From the NCBI RefSeq assembly GCF_006345805.1, contig NC_043023.1, positions 17,856,001 through 17,920,000 on the forward strand: a stretch of DNA of 64,000 bases. The letters are read 5' to 3'. Below, piece after piece: positions 10,401 to 25,400 of this stretch (its first letter is position 1; each line of letters begins with the position of its first letter). The notes under the pieces are model-generated. The model did not search any database. It was not told where the DNA came from and worked only from the letters and a program-made list of their open reading frames with translations. The DNA is from Octopus sinensis (taxonomy: Eukaryota). Position numbers and translations under genes: made by a program.

Positions 10401-13400
10401 CTTCAAATGTAGCTGTGTCTGCTGCTAAAATTATTGAAGGTTCGCCTTCAAATGTAGCTGTGTCTGCTGCTAAAATTATTGAAGGTTCGCCTTCAAATGT
10501 AGCTGTGTCAGCTGCTAAAATTATTGAAGGTTCGCCTTCAAATGTAGCTGTGTCTGCTGCTAAAATTATTGAAGGTTCGCCTTCAAATGTAGCTGTGTCT
10601 GCTGCTAAAATTATTGAAGGTTCGCCTTCAAATGTAGCTGTGTCTGCTGCTGCTAAAATTATTGAAGGTTCGCCTTCAAATGTAGCTGTGTCTGCTGCTA
10701 AAATTATTGAAGGTTCGCCTTCAAATGTAGCTGTGTCTGCTGCTAAAATTATTGAAGGTTCGCCTTCAAATGTAGCTGTGTCTGCTGCTAAAATTATTGA
10801 AGGTTCGCCTTCAAATGTAGCTGTGTCTGCAGCTAAAATTATTGAAGATTCGCCTTCAAATGTAGCTGTGTCTGCTGCTAAAATTATTGAAGGTTCGCCT
10901 TCAAATGTAGATGTGTCTGCTGCTAAAATTATTGAAGGTTCGCCTTGAAATGTAGCTGTGTCTGCTGCTAAAATTATTGACGGTTCGCCTTCAAGTGTAG
11001 CTGTGTCTGCTGCTAAAATTATTGAAGGTTCGCCTTCAAATGTAGCTGTGTCTGCAGCTAACATTATTGAAGTTTCGCCTTCAAATGTCGCTGTGTCTGC
11101 AGCTAAAATTATTGAAGGGTCGCCTTCAAATGTAGCTGTGTCTGCAGCTAAAATTATTGAAGGTTCGCCTTCAAATGTAGCTGTGTCTGCAGCTAAAATT
11201 ATTGAAGGTTCGCCTTCAAATGTAGCTGTGTCTGCAGCTAAAATTATTGAAGGTTCGCCTTCAAATGTAGTTGTGTCTGCAGCTAAAATTATTGAAGGTT
11301 CGCCTTCAAGTGTAGCTGTGTCTGCAGCTAAAATTATTGAAGGTTCGCCTTCAAATGTAGTTGTGTCTGCAGCTAAAATTATTGAAGGTTCGCCTTCAAG
11401 TGTAGCTGTGTCTGCTGCTAAAATTATTGAAGGTTCGCCTTCAAATGTAGCTGTGTCTGCAGCTAAAATTATTGAAGGTTCGCCGTCAAGTGTAGCTGTG
11501 TTTGCAGCTAAAATTAAAGGTTCGCCTTCAAATGTAGCTGTGTCTCTGCAGCTAAAATTATTGAAGGTTCGCCTTCAAATGTAGCTGTGTCTGCTGCTAA
11601 AATTATTGAAGGTTCGCCTTCAAATGTAGCTGTGTCTGCAGCTAAAATTATTGAAGGTTCGCCTTCAAATGTAGCTGTGTCTGCAGCTAAAATTATTGAA
11701 GGTTCGCCTTCAAATGTAGCTGTGTCTGCAGCTAAAATTATTGAAGGTTCGCCTTCAAATGTAGCTGTGTCTGCAGCTAAAATTATTGAAGGTTCGCCTT
11801 CAAGTGTAGCTGTGTCTGCTGCTAAAATTATTGAAGGTTCGCCTTCAAATGTAGCTGTGTCTGCAGCTAAATTTTATTGAAGGTTCGCCTTCAAGTGTAG
11901 CTGTGTCTGCAGCTAAAATTATTGAAGGTTCGCCTCCAATGTAGCTGTGTCTGCAGCTAAAATTATTGAAGGTTCGCCTTCAAATGTAGCTGTGTCTGCA
12001 GCTAAAATTATTGAAGGTTCGCCTTCAAATGTAGCTGTGTCTGCAGCTAAAATTATTGAAGGTTCGCCTTCAAATGTAGCTGTGTCTGCAGCTAAAATTA
12101 TTGACGGTTCGCCTTCAAGTGTAGCTGTGTCTGCTGCTAAAATTATTGAAGGTTCGCCTTCAAATGTAGCTGTGTTTGCAGCTAAAATTATTGAAGTTTC
12201 GCCTTCAAATGTCGCTGTGTCTGCAGCTAAAATTATTGAATGTTCGCCTTCAAATGTAGCTGTGTCTGCAGCTACAATTATTGAAGGTTCGCCTTCAAAT
12301 GTAGCTGTGTCTGCAGCTAAAATTATTGAAGGTTCGCCTTCAAATGTAGTTGTGTCTGCAGCTAAAATTATTGAAGGTTCGCCTTGAAGTGAAGCTGTGT
12401 CTGCAGCTAAAATTATTGAAGGTTCGCCTTCAAATGTAGATGTGTCTGCAGCTAAAATTATTGAAGGTTCGCCTTCAAGTGTAGCTGTGTCTGCTGCTAA
12501 AATTATTGAAGGTTCGCCTTCAAATGTAGCTGTGTCTGCAGCTAAAATTATTGAAGGTTCGCCGTCAAGTGTAGCTGTGTCTGCAGCTAAAATTATTGAA
12601 GGTTCGCCTTCAAATGTAGCTGTGTCTGCAGCTAAAATTATTGAAGGTTCGCCTTCAAATGTAGCTGTGTCTGCTGCTAAAATTATTGAAGGTTCGCCTT
12701 CAAATGTAGCTGTGTCTGCAGCTAAAATTATTGAAGGTTCGCCTTCAAATGTAGCTGTGTCTGCAGCTAAAATTATTGAAGGTTCGCCTTCAAATGTAGC
12801 TGTGTCTGCAGCTAAATTATTGAAGGTTCGCCTTCAAATGTAGCTGTGTCTGCAGCTAAAATTATTGAAGGTTCGCCTTCAAATGTAGTTGTGTCTGCAG
12901 CTAAAATTATTGAAGGTTCGCCTTCAAATGTAGCTGTGTCTGCTGCTAAAATTATTGAAGGTTCGCCTTCAAATGTAGCTGTGTCTGCTGCTAAAATTAT
13001 TGAAGGTTCGCCTTCAAATGTAGCTGTGTCTGCAGCTAAAATTATTGAAGGTTCGCCTACAAATGTAGCTGTGTCTGCAGCTAAAATTATTGAAGGTTCG
13101 CCTTCAAGTGTAGCTGTGTGTCTGCAGCTAAAATTATTGAAGGTTCGCCTTCAAATGTAGCTGTGTCTGCAGCTAAAATTATTGAAGGTTCGCCTTCAAA
13201 TGTAGCTGTGTCTGCAGCTAAAATTAATGAAGGTTCGCCTTCAAATGTAGCTGTGTCTGCAGCAAAATTATTGAAGGTTCGCCTTCAAATGTAGCTGTGT
13301 CTGCAGCTAAAATTATTGAAGGTTCGCCTTCAATGTAGCTGTGTCTGCTGCTAAATTATTGAAGGTTCGCCTTCAATTGTAGCTGTGTCTGCAGCTAAAA

Positions 13401-16400
13401 TTATTGAAGGTTCGCCTTCAAATGTAGCTGTGTCTGCTGCTAAAATTATTGAAGGTTCGCCTTCAAATGTAGCTGTGTCTGCTGCTAAATTATTGAAGGT
13501 TCGCCTTCAAATGTAGCTGTGTCTGCAGTAAATTATTGAAGGTTCGCCTTCAAATGTAGCTGTGTCTGCTGCTAAAATTATTGAAGGTTCGCCTTCAAAT
13601 GTAGCTGTGTCTGCTGCTAAAATTATTGAAGGTTCGCCTTCAAATGTAGCTGTGTCTGCTGCTAAAAGTATTGAAGGTCGCCTTCAAATGTAGCTGTGTC
13701 TGCTGCTAAAATTATTGAAGGTTCGCCTTCAAGTGCTGTGTCTGCAGCTAAAATTATTGAAGGTTCGCCTAAATGTAGCTGTGTCTGCTGCTAAAATTAT
13801 TGAAGGTTCGCCTTCAAATGTAGCTGTGTCTGCAGCTAAAATTATTGAAGGTTCGCCTTCAAATGTAGCTGTGTCTGCAGCTAAAATTATTGAAGGTTCG
13901 CCTTCAAATGTAGCTGTGTCTGCAGCTAAAATTATTGAAGGTTCGCCTTCAAATGTAGTGTGTCTGCAGCTAAAATTATTGAAGGTTCGCCTTCAAATGT
14001 CGCTGTGTCTGCAGCTAAAATTATTGAAGGTTCGCCTTCAAATGTAGCTGTGTCTGCTGCTAAAAGTATTGAAGGTTCGCCTTCAAGTGTAGCTGTGTCT
14101 GCAGCTAAAATTATTGAAGGTTCAACTTCAAATGTAGCTGTGTCTGCTGCTAATGTTATTGAAGGTTCGCCTTCAAGTGTAGCTGTGTCTGCAGCTAAAA
14201 TTATTGAAGGTTCGCCTTCAAATGTAGCTGTGTCTGCTGCTAAAATTATTGAAGGTTCGCCTTCAAGTAGCTGTGTCTGCTGCTAAAATTATGAAGGTTC
14301 GCCTTCAAATGTAGCTGTGTCTGCAGCTATAATTATTGAAGGTTCGCCTTCAAATGTAGCTGTGTCTGCTGCTAAAATTATTGAAGGTTCGCCTTCAAGT
14401 GTAGCTGTGTCTGCAGCTAAAATTATTGAAGGTTCGCCTTCAAATGTAGCTGTGTCTGCTGCTAAAATTATTGAAGGTTCGCCTTCAAGTGTAGCTGTGT
14501 CTGCAGCTATAATTATTGAAGGTTCGCCTTCAAATGTAGCTGTGTCTGCTGCTAAATTTATTGAAGGTTCGCCTTCAAATGTAGCTGTGTCTGCAGCTAA
14601 AATTATTGAAGGTTCGCCTTCAAATGTAGCTGTGTCTGCAGCTAAATTTATTGAAGGTTCGCCTTCAAATGTAGCTGTGTCTGCTGCTAAAATTATTGAA
14701 GGTTCGCCTTCAAATGTAGTTGTGTCTGCAGCTAAAATTATTGAAGGTTCGCCTTCAAGTGTAGCTGTGTCTGCTGCTAAAATTATTGAAGGTTCGCCTT
14801 CAAATGTAGCTGTGTCTGCAGCTATAATTATTGAAGGTTCGCCTTCAAATGTAGCTGTGTCTGCTGCTAAAATTATTGAAGGTTCGCCTTCAAATGTAGC
14901 TGTGTCTGCAGCTAAAATCATTGAAATTTCGCCTTCAAATGTAGCTGTGTCTGCTGCTAAAATTATTGAAGGTTCGCCTTCAAATGTAGTTGTGTCTGCA
15001 GCTAAAATTATTGAAGGTTCGCTTTCAAATGTAGCTGTGTCTGCTGCTAAAATTATTGAAGGTTCGCCTTCAAATGTAGCTGTGTCTGCAGCTAAAATTA
15101 TTGAAGGTTCGCCTTCAAATGTAGCTGTGTCTGCAGCTAAAATTATTGAAGGTTCGCCTTCAAATGTAGCTGTGTCTGCTGCTAAAATTATTGAAGGTTC
15201 GCCTTCAAATGTAGTTGTGTCTGCAGCTAAAATTATTGAAGGTTCGCCTTCAAATGTAGCTGTGTCTGCAGCTAAAATTATTGAAGGTTCGCCTTCAAAT
15301 GTAGTTGTGTATGCAGTTAAAATTATTGAAGGTTCGCCTTCATATGTAGCTGTGTCTGCAGCTAAAATTATTGAAGGTTCGCCTTCAAATGTAGCTGTGT
15401 CTACTGCTAAAATTATTGAAGGTTCGCCTTCAAATGTAGCTGTGTCTGCAGCTAAAATTATTGAAGGTTCGCCTTCAAATGTAGCTGTGTCTGCAGCTAA
15501 AATTATTGAAGGTTCGCCTTCAAATGTAGCTGTGTCTGCAGCTAAAATTATTGAAGGTTCGCCTTCAAATGTAGCTGTGTCTGCAGCTAAAATTATTGAA
15601 GGTTCGCCTTCAAATGTAGCTGTGTCTGCAGCTAAAATTATTGAAGGTTCGCCTTCAAATGTAGCTGTGTCTGCAGCTACAATTATTGAAGGTTCGCCTT
15701 CAAATGTAGCTGTGTCTGCTGCTAAAATTATTGAAGGTTCGCCTTCAAATGTAGCTGTGTCTGCTGCTAAAATTATTGAAGGTTCGCCTTCAAATGTAGC
15801 TGTGTCTGCTGCTAAAATTATTGAAGGTTCGCCTTCAAATGGCTGTGTCTGCTGCTAAAATTATTGAAGGTTCGCCTTCAAATGTAGCTGTGTCTGCAGC
15901 TAAAATTATTGAAGGTTCGCCTTCAAATGTAGCTGTGTCTGCTGCTAAAATTATTGAAGGTTCGCCTTCAAATGTAGCTGTGTCTGCAGCTAAAATTATT
16001 GAAGGTTCGCCTTCAAATGTAGCTGTGTCTGCAGCTAAAATTATTGAAGGTTCGCCTTCAAATGTAGCTGTGTCTGCTGCTAAAATTATTGAAGGTTCGC
16101 CTTCAAATGTAGCTGTGTCTGCAGCTAAAATTATTGAAGGTTCGCCTTCAAATGTAGCTGTGTCTGCTGCTAAAATTATTGAAGGTTCGCCTTCAAATGT
16201 AGCTGTGTCTGCTGCTAAAATTATTGAAGGTTCGCCTTCAAATGTAGCTGTGTCTGCTGCTAAAATTATTGAAGGTTCGCCTTCAAATGTAGCTGTGTCT
16301 GCTGCTAAAATTATTGAAGGTTCGCCTTCAAATGTAGCTGTGTCTGCAGCTAAAATTATTGAAGGTTCGCCTTCAAATGTAGCTGTGTCTGCTGTTAAAG

Positions 16401-19400
16401 TTATTGAAGGTTCGCCTTCAAATGTAGCTGTGTCTGCTGCTAAAATTATTGAAGGTTCGCCTTCAAATGTAGCTGTGTCTGCTGCTAAAATTATTGAAGG
16501 TTCGCCTTCAAATGTAGCTGTGTCTGCAGCTAAAGTTATTGAAGGTTCGCCTTCAAATGTAGCTGTGTCTGCTGCTAAACTTATTGAAGGTTCGCCTTCA
16601 AATGTAGCTGTGTCTGTAGCTAAAGTTATTGAAGGTTCGCCTTCAAATGTAGCTGTGTCTGCTGCTAAAGTTATTGAAGGTTCGCCTTCAAATGTAGCTG
16701 TGTCTGCTGCTGAAATTATTGAAGGTTCGCCTTCAAATGTAGCTGTGTCTGCTGCTAAAATTATTGAAGGTTCGCATTCAAATGTAGCTGTGTCTGCTGC
16801 TAAAGTTATTGAAGGTTCGCCTTCAAATGTAGCTGTGTCTGCTGCTAAATTATTGAAGGTTCGCCTTCAAATGTAGCTGTGTCTGCTGCTAAAATTATTG
16901 AAGGTTCGCCTTCAAATGTAGCTGTGTCTGCTGCTAAAATTATTGAAGGTTCGCCTTCAAATGTAGCTGTGTCTGCAGCTAAAATTATTGAAGGTTCGCC
17001 TTCAATGTAGCTGTGTCTGCAGCTAAAATTATTGAAGGTTCGCCTTCAAATGTAGCTGTGTCTGCAGCTAAAATTATTGAAGGTTCGCCTTCAGTGTAGC
17101 TGTGTCTGCAGCTAAAATTATTGAAGGTTCGCCTTCAAATGTAGCTGTGTCTGCTGCTAAAATTATTGAAGGTTCGCCTTCAAATGTAGCTGTGTCTGTA
17201 GCTAAAATTTTGAAGGTTCGCCTTCAGTGTAGCTGTGTCTGCAGCTAAAATTATTGAAGGTTCGCCTTCAAATGTAGCTGTGTCTGCTGCTAAAATTATT
17301 GAAGGTTCGCCTTCAAATGTAGCTGTGTCTGCTGCTAAAATTAAGGAAGGTTCGCCTTCAAATGTAGCTGTGTCAGCTGCTAAAATTATTGAAGGTTCGC
17401 CTTCAAATGTAGCTGTGTCTGCTGCTAAAATTATTGAAGGTTCGCCTTGAAATGTAGCTGTGTCTGCTGCTAAAATTATTGAAGGTTCGCCTTCAAATGT
17501 AGCTGTGTCTGCTGCTAAAATTATTGAAGGTTCGCCTGAAATGTAGCTGTGTGTGCTGCTAAATTATTGAAGGTTCGCCTTCAAATGTAGCTGTGTCTGC
17601 TGCTAAAATTTTGAAGGTTCGCCTTCAAATGTAGCTGTGTCTGCTGCTAAAATTATTGAAGGTTCGCCTTCAAATGTAGCTGTGTCTGCAGCTAAAATTA
17701 TTGAAGGTTCGCCTTCAAATGTAGCTGTGTCTGCTGCTAAAATTATTGAAGGTTCGCCTTCAAATGTAGCTGTGTCTGCTGCTAAAATTATTGAAGGTTC
17801 GCCTTGAAATGTAGCTGTGTCTGCTGCTAAAATTATTGAAGGTTCGCCTTCAAATGTAGCTGTGTCTGCTGCTAAAATTATTGAAGGTTCGCCTTCAAAT
17901 GTAGCTGTGTCTGCTGCTAAAATTATTGAAGGTTCGCCTTCAAATGTAGCTGTGTCTGCTGCTAAAATTATTGAAGGTTCGCCTTCAAATGTAGCTGTGT
18001 CTGCTGCTAAAATTATTGAAGGTTCGCCTTCAAATGTAGCTGTGTCTGCTGCTAAAATTATTGAAGGTTCGCCTTCAAATGTAGCTGTGTCTGCTGCTAA
18101 AATTATTGAAGGTTCGCCTTCAAATGTTGCTGTGTCTGCTGCTAAATTATTGAAGGTTCGCCTTCAAATGTAGCTGTGTCTGCAGCTAAAATTATTGAAG
18201 GTTCGCCTTCAAATGTAGCTGTGTCTGCTGCTAAAGTTATTGAAGGTTCGCCTTCAAGGTAGCTGTGTCTGCAGCTAAAATTATTGAAGGTTCGCCATCA
18301 AATGTAGCTGTGTCTGCAGCTAAAATTATTGAAGGTTCGCCTTCAAATGTAGCTGTGTCTGCTGCTAAAATTATTGAAGGTTCGCCTTCAAATGTAGCTG
18401 TGTCTGCAGCTAAATTATTGAAGGTTCGCCTTCAAATGTAGCTGTGTCTGTCTGCTGCTAAAGTTATTGAAAGTTCGCCTTCAAATGTAGCTGTGTCTGC
18501 AGCTAAAATTATTGAAGGTTCGCCTTCAAATGTAGCTGTGTCTGCAGCTAAAGTTATTGAAGGTTCGCCTTCAAAGTAGCTGTGTTTGCAGCTAAAATTA
18601 TTGAAGGTTCGCCTTGAAATGTAGCTGTGTCTGCAGCTAAAATTATTGAAGGTTCGCCTTCAAATGTAGCTGTGTCTGCAGCTAAATTATTGAAGGTTCG
18701 CCTTCAAATGTAGCTGTGTCTGCAGCTAAAATTATTGAAGGTTCGCCTTCAAATGTAGCTGTGTCTGCTGCTAAAATTATTGAAGGTCGCCTTCAAATGT
18801 AGCTGTGTCTGCAGCTAAAATTATTGAAGGTTCGCCTTCAAATGTAGCTGTGTCTGCAGCTAAAATTATTGAAGGTTCGCCTTCAAATGTAGCTGTGTCT
18901 GCAGCTAAAATTATTGAAGGTTCGCCTTCAAGTGTAGCTGTGTCTGCTGCTAAAATTATTGAAGGTTCGCCTTCAAATGTAGCTGTGTCTGCAGCTAAAA
19001 TTATTGAAGTTCGCCTTCAAATGTAGCTGTGTCTGCAGCTAAAATTATTGAAGGTTCGCCTTCAAATGTAGCTGTGTCTGCTGCTAAAATTATTGAAGGT
19101 TCGCCTTCAAATGTAGCTGTGTCTGCAGCTAAAATTATTGAAGGTTCGCCTTCAAATGTAGCTGTGTCTGCAGCTAAAATTATTGAAGGTTCGCCTTCAA
19201 GTGTAGCTGTGTCTGCTGCTAAAATTATTGAAGGTTCGCCTTCAAATGTAGCTGTGTCTGCAGCTAAAATTATTGAAGGTTCGCCTTCAAGTGTAGCTGT
19301 GTCTGCTGCTAAAATTATTGAAGGTTCGCCTTCAAGTGTAGCTGTGTCTGCAGCTAAAATTATTGAAGGTTCGCCTTCAAATGTAGCTGTGTCTGCAGCT

Positions 19401-22400
19401 AAAATTATTGAAGGTTCGCCTTCAAATGTAGCTGTGTCTGCAGCTAAAATTATTGAAGGTTCGCCTTCAAATGTAGCTGTGTCTGCAGCTAAATTATTGA
19501 AGGTTCGCCTTCAAATGTAGCTGTGTCTGCTGCTAAAATTATTGAAGGTTCGCCTTCAAATGTAGCTGTGTCTGCAGCTAAAATTATTGAAGGTTCGCCT
19601 TCAAGTGTAGCTGTGTCTGCAGCTAAAATATTGAAGGTTCGCCTTCAAATGTAGCTGTGTCTGCTGCTAAAATTATTGAAGGTTCGCCTTCAAATGTAGC
19701 TGTGTCTGCTGCTAAAATTATTGAAGGTTCGCCTTCAAATGTAGCTGTGTGCAGCTGCAAAAATTATTGAAGGTTCGCCTTCAAATGTAGCTGTGTCTGC
19801 TGCTAAAATTATTGAAGGTTCGCCTTCAAATGTAGCTGTGTCTGCTGCTAAAATTATTGAAGGTTCGCCTTCAAATGTAGCTGTGTCTGCTGCTAAAATT
19901 ATTGAAGGTTCGCCTTCAAATGTAGCTGTGTCTGCTGCTAAATTATTGAAGGTTCGCCTTCAATGTAGCTGTGTCTGCTGCTAAAATTATTGAAGGTTCG
20001 CCTTCAAATGTAGCTGTGTCTGCTGCTAAAATTATTGAAGGTTCGCCTTCAAATGTAGCTGTGTCTGCAGCTAAATTATTGAAGGTTCGCCTTCAAATGT
20101 AGCTGTGTCTGCTGCTAAAATTATTGAAGGTTCGCCTTCAAATGTAGCTGTGTCTGCTGCTAAAATTATTGAAGGTTCGCCTTCAATGTAGCTGTGTCTG
20201 CTGCTAAAATTATTGAAGGTTCGCCTTCAAATGTAGCTGTGTCTGCTGCTAAAATTATTGAAGGTTCGCCTTCAAATGTAGCTGTGTCTGCTGCTAAAAT
20301 TATTGAAGGTTCGCCTTCAAATGTAGCTGTGTCTGCTGCTAAATTATTGAAGGTTCGCCTTCAAATGTAGCTGTGTCTGCTGCTAAAATTATTGAAGGTT
20401 CGCCTTCAAATGTAGCTGTGTCTGCTGCTAAAATTATTGAAGGTTCGCCTTCAAATGTAGCTGTGTCTGCTGCTAAAATTATTGAAGGTTCGCCTTCAAA
20501 TGTAGCTGTGTCTGCTGCTAAATTATTGAAGGTTCGCCTTCAAATGTAGCTGTGTCTGCAGCTAAAATTATTGAAGGTTCGCCTTCAAATGTAGCTGTGT
20601 CTGCTGCTAAATTTATTGAAGGTTCGCCTTCAAATGTAGCTGTGTCTGCAGCTAAAATTATTGAAGGTTCGCCTTCAAATGTAGCTGTGTCTGCAGCTAA
20701 AATTATTGAAGGTTCGCCTTCAAATGTAGCTGTGTCTGCTGCTAAAATTATTGAAGGTTCGCCTTCAATGTAGCTGTGTCTGCAGCTAAAATTATTGAAG
20801 GTTCGCCTTCAAATGTAGCTGTGTCTGCTGCTAAAGTTATTGAAGGTTCGCCTTCAAATGTAGCTGTGTCTGCAGCTAAAATTATTGAAGGTTCGCCTTC
20901 AAATGTAGCTGTGTCTGCAGCTAAATTATTGAAGGTTCGCCTTCAAATGTAGCTGTGTCTGCAGCTAAAATTATTGAAGGTTCGCTTTCAAATGTAGCTG
21001 TGTCTGCAGCTAAAATATTGAAGGTTCGCCTTCAAATGTAGCTGTGTCTGCAGCTAAAATTATTGAAGGTTCGCCTTCAAATGTAGCTGTGTCTGCAGCT
21101 AAAATTATTGAAGGTTCGCCTTCAAATGTAGCTGTGTCTGCTGCTAAAATTATTGAAGGTTCGCCTTCAAATGTAGCTGTGTCTGCAGCTAAAATTATTG
21201 AAGGTTCGCCTTCAAATGTAGCTGTGTCTGCAGCTAAAATTATTGAAGGTTCGCCTTCAAATGTAGCTGTGTCTGCAGCTAAAATTATTGACGGTTCGCC
21301 TTCAAGTGTAGCTGTGTCTGCTGCTAAAATTATTGAAGGTTCGCCTTCAAATGTAGCTGTGTCTGCAGCTAAAATTATTGAAGTTTCGCCTTCAAATGTC
21401 GCTGTGTCTGCAGCTAAAATTATTGAAGGTTCGCCTTCAAATGTAGCTGTGTCTGCAGCTAAAATTATTGAAGGTTCGCCTTCAAATGTAGCTGTGTCTG
21501 CTGCTAAAATTATTGAAGGTTCGCCTTCAAATGTAGCTGTGTCTGCAGCTAAAATTATTGAAGGTTCGCCTTCAAATGTAGCTGTGTCTGCTGCTAAAAT
21601 TATTGAAGGTTCGCCTTCAATGTAGCTGTGTCTGCAGCTAAAATTATTGAAGGTTCGCCTTCAAATGTAGCTGTGTCTGCAGCTAAAATTATTGAAGGTT
21701 CGCCTTCAAATGTAGCTGTCTGCAGCTAAAATTATTGAAGGTTCGCCTTCAAATGTAGCTGTGTCTGCAGCTAAAATTATTGAAGGTTCGCCTTCAAGTG
21801 TAGCTGTGTCTGCAGCTAAAATTATTGAAGGTTCGCCTTCAAATGTAGCTGTGTCTGCTGCTAAAATTATTGAAGGTTCGCCTTCAAGTGTAGCTGTGTC
21901 TGCTGCTAAAATTTGAAGGTTCGCCTTCAAATGTAGCTGTGTCTGCAGCTAAAATTATTGAAGGTTCGCCTTCAATGTAGCTGTGTCTGCAGCTAAAATT
22001 ATTGAAGGTTCGCCTTCAAATGTAGCTGTGTCTGCAGCTAAAATTATTGAAGGTTCGCCTTCAAATGTAGCTGTGTCTGCTGCTAAATTATTGAAGGTTC
22101 GCCTTCAAATGTAGCTGTGTCTGCAGCTAAAATTATTGAAGGTTCGCCTTCAAATGTAGCTGTGTCTGCAGCTAAAATTATTGAAGTTCGCCTTCAAATG
22201 TAGCTGTGTGTCTGCAGCTAAAATTATTGAAGGTTCGCCTTCAAATGTAGCTGTGTCTGCAGCTAAAATTATTGAAGGTTCGCCTTCAAATGTAGCTGTG
22301 TCTGCAGCTAAGATTATTGAAGGTTCGCCTTCAAATGTAGCTGTGTCTGCAGCTAAAATTATTGAAGGTTCGCCTTCAAATGTAGCTGTGTCTGCTGCTA

Positions 22401-25400
22401 AAATTATTGAAGGTTCGCCTTCAATGTAGCTGTTTCTGCTGAGCTAAAATTATTGAAGGTTCGCCTTCAAATGTAGCTGTGTCTGCAGCTAAAATTATTG
22501 AAGGTTCGCCTTCAAATGTAGCTGTGTCTGCAGCTAAATTATTGAAGGTTCGCCTTCAAATGTAGCTGTGTCTGCTGCTAAAATTATTGAAGGTTCGCCT
22601 TCAAATGTAGCTGTGTCTGCAGCTAAAATTATTGAAGTTTCGCCTTCAAATGTCGCTGTGTCTGCAGCTAAAATTATTGAAGGTTCGCCTTCAAATGTAG
22701 CTGTGTCTGCAGCTAAAATTATTGAAGGTTCGCCTTCAAATGTAGCTGTGTCTGCTGCTAAAATTATTGAAGGTTCGCCTTCAAATGTAGCTGTGTCTGC
22801 AGCTAAAATTATTGAAGGTTCGCCTTCAAGTGTAGCTGTGTCTGCTGCTAAAATTATTGAAGGTTCGCCTTCAAGTGTAGCTGTGTCTGCAGCTAAAATT
22901 ATTGAAGGTTCGCCTTCAAATGTAGCTGTGTCTGCAGCTAAAATTATTGAAGGTTCGCCTTCAAATGTAGCTGTGTCTGCAGCTAAAATTATTGAAGTTT
23001 CGCCTTCAAATGTAGTTGTGTCTGCAGCTAAAATTATTGAAGGTTCGCCTTCAAGTGTAGCTGTGTCTGCAGCTAAAATTATTGAAGGTTCGCCTTCAAA
23101 TGTAGTTGTGTCTGCTGCTAAAATTATTGAAGGTTCGCCTTCAAGTGTAGCTGTGTCTGCTGCTAAAATTATTGAAGGTTCGCCTTCAAATGTAGCTGTG
23201 TCTGCAGCTAAAATTATTGAAGGTTCGCCGTCAAGTGTAGCTGTGTCTGCAGCTAAAATTATTGAAGGTTCGCCTTCAAATGTAGCTGTGTCTGCAGCTA
23301 AAATTATTGAAGGTTCGCCTTCAAATGTAGCTGTGTCTGCTGCTAAAATTATTGAAGGTTCGCTTCAAATGTAGCTGTGTCTGCAGCTAAAATTATTGAA
23401 GGTTCGCCTTCAAATGTAGCTGTGTCTGCAGCTAAAATTATTGAAGGTTCGCCTTCAAATGTAGCTGTGTCTGCAGCTAAAATTATTGAAGGTTCGCCTT
23501 CAAATGTAGCTGTGTCTGCAGCTAAAATTATTGAAGGTTCGCCTTCAAATGTAGTTGTGTCTGCAGCTAAAATTATTGAAGGTTCGCCTTCAAATGTAGC
23601 TGTGTCTGCTGCTAAAATTATTGAAGGTTCGCCTTCAAATGTAGCTGTGTCTGCTGCTAAAATTATTGAAGGTTCGCCTTCAAATGTAGCTGTGTCTGCT
23701 GCTAAAATTATTGAAGGTTCGCCTTCAAATGTAGCTGTGTCTGCAGCTAAAATTATTGAAGGTTCGCCTTCAAATGTAGCTGTGTCTGCAGCTAAAATTA
23801 TTGAAGGTTCGCCTTCAAATGTAGCTGTGTCTGCAGCTAAAATTATTGAAGGTTCGCCTTCAAATGTAGCTGTGTCTGCTGCTAAAATTATTGAAGGTTC
23901 GCCTTCAAATGTAGCTGTGTCTCTGCTGCTAAAATTATTGAAGGTTCGCCTTCAAGTGTAGCTGTGTCTGCTGCTAAAATTATTGAAGGTTCGCCTTCAA
24001 ATGTAGCTGTGTCTGCTGCTAAATTATTGAAGGTTCGCCTTCAAATGTAGCTGTGTCTGCTGCTAAAATTATTGAAGGTTCGCCTTCAAATGTAGCTGTG
24101 TCTGCAGCTAAAATTATTGAAGGTTCGCCTTCAAATGTAGCTGTGTCTGCAGCTAAATTATTGAAGGTTCGCCTTCAAATGTAGCTGTGTCTGCAGCTAA
24201 AATTATTGAAGGTTCGCCTTCAAATGTAGCTGTGTCTGCAGCTAAAATTATTGAAGGTTCGCCTTCAAATGTAGCTGTGTCTGCTGCTAAAATTATTGAA
24301 GGTTCGCCTTCAAATGTAGCTGTGTCTGCTGCTAAAATTATTGAAGGTTCGCCTTCAAATGTAGCTGTGTCTGCTGCTAAAATTATTGAAGGTTCGCCTT
24401 CAAGTGTAGCTGTGTCTGCTGCTAAAATTATTGAAGGTTCGCCTTCAAATGTAGCTGTGTCTGCTGCTAAAATTATTGAAGGTTCGCCTTCAAATGTAGC
24501 TGTGTCTGCTGCTAAAATTATTGAAGGTTCGCCTTCAAGTGTAGCTGTGTCTGCAGCTAAAATTATTGAAGGTTCGCCTTCAAATGTAGCTGTGTCTGCT
24601 GCTAAAATTATTGAAGGTTCGCCTTCAAATGTAGCTGTGTCTGCTGCTAAAATTATTGAAGGTTCGCCTTCAAATGTAGCTGTGTCTGCAGCTAAAATTA
24701 TTGAAGGTTCGCCTTCAAATGTAGCTGTGTCTGCTGCTAAAATTATTGAAGGTTCGCCTTCAAGTGTAGCTGTGTCTGCAGCTAAAATTATTGAAGGTTC
24801 ACCTTCAAATGTAGCTGTGTCTGCAGCTAAATTATTGAAGGTTCGCCTTCAAATGTAGCTGTGTCTGCAGCTAAAATTATTGAAGGTTCGCCTTCAAATG
24901 TATTGTGTCTGCAGCTAAAATTATTGAAGGTTCGCCTTCAAATGTAGCTGTGTCTGCAGCTAAAATTATTGAAGGTTCGCCTTCAAATGTAGCTGTGTCT
25001 GCAGCTAAAATTATTGAAGGTTCGCCTTCAAATGTAGCTGTGTCTGCAGCTAAAATTATTGAAGGTTCGCCTTCAAATGTAGCTGTGTCTGCTGCTAAAA
25101 TTATTGAAGGTTCGCCTTCAAATGTAGCTGTGTCTGCTGCTAAAATTATTGAAGGTTCGCCTTCAAATGTAGCTGTGTCTGCAGCTAAATTATTGAAGGT
25201 TCGCCTTCAATGTAGCTGTGTCTGCTGCTAAAATTATTGAAGGTTCGCCTTCAAGTGTAGCTGTGTCTGCAGCTAAAATTATTGAAGGTTCGCCTTCAAA
25301 TGTAGCTGTGTCTGCAGCTAAAATTATTGAAGGTTCGCCTTCAAATGTAGCTGTGTCTGCAGCTAAAATTATTGAAGGTTCGCCTTCAAATGTAGCTGTG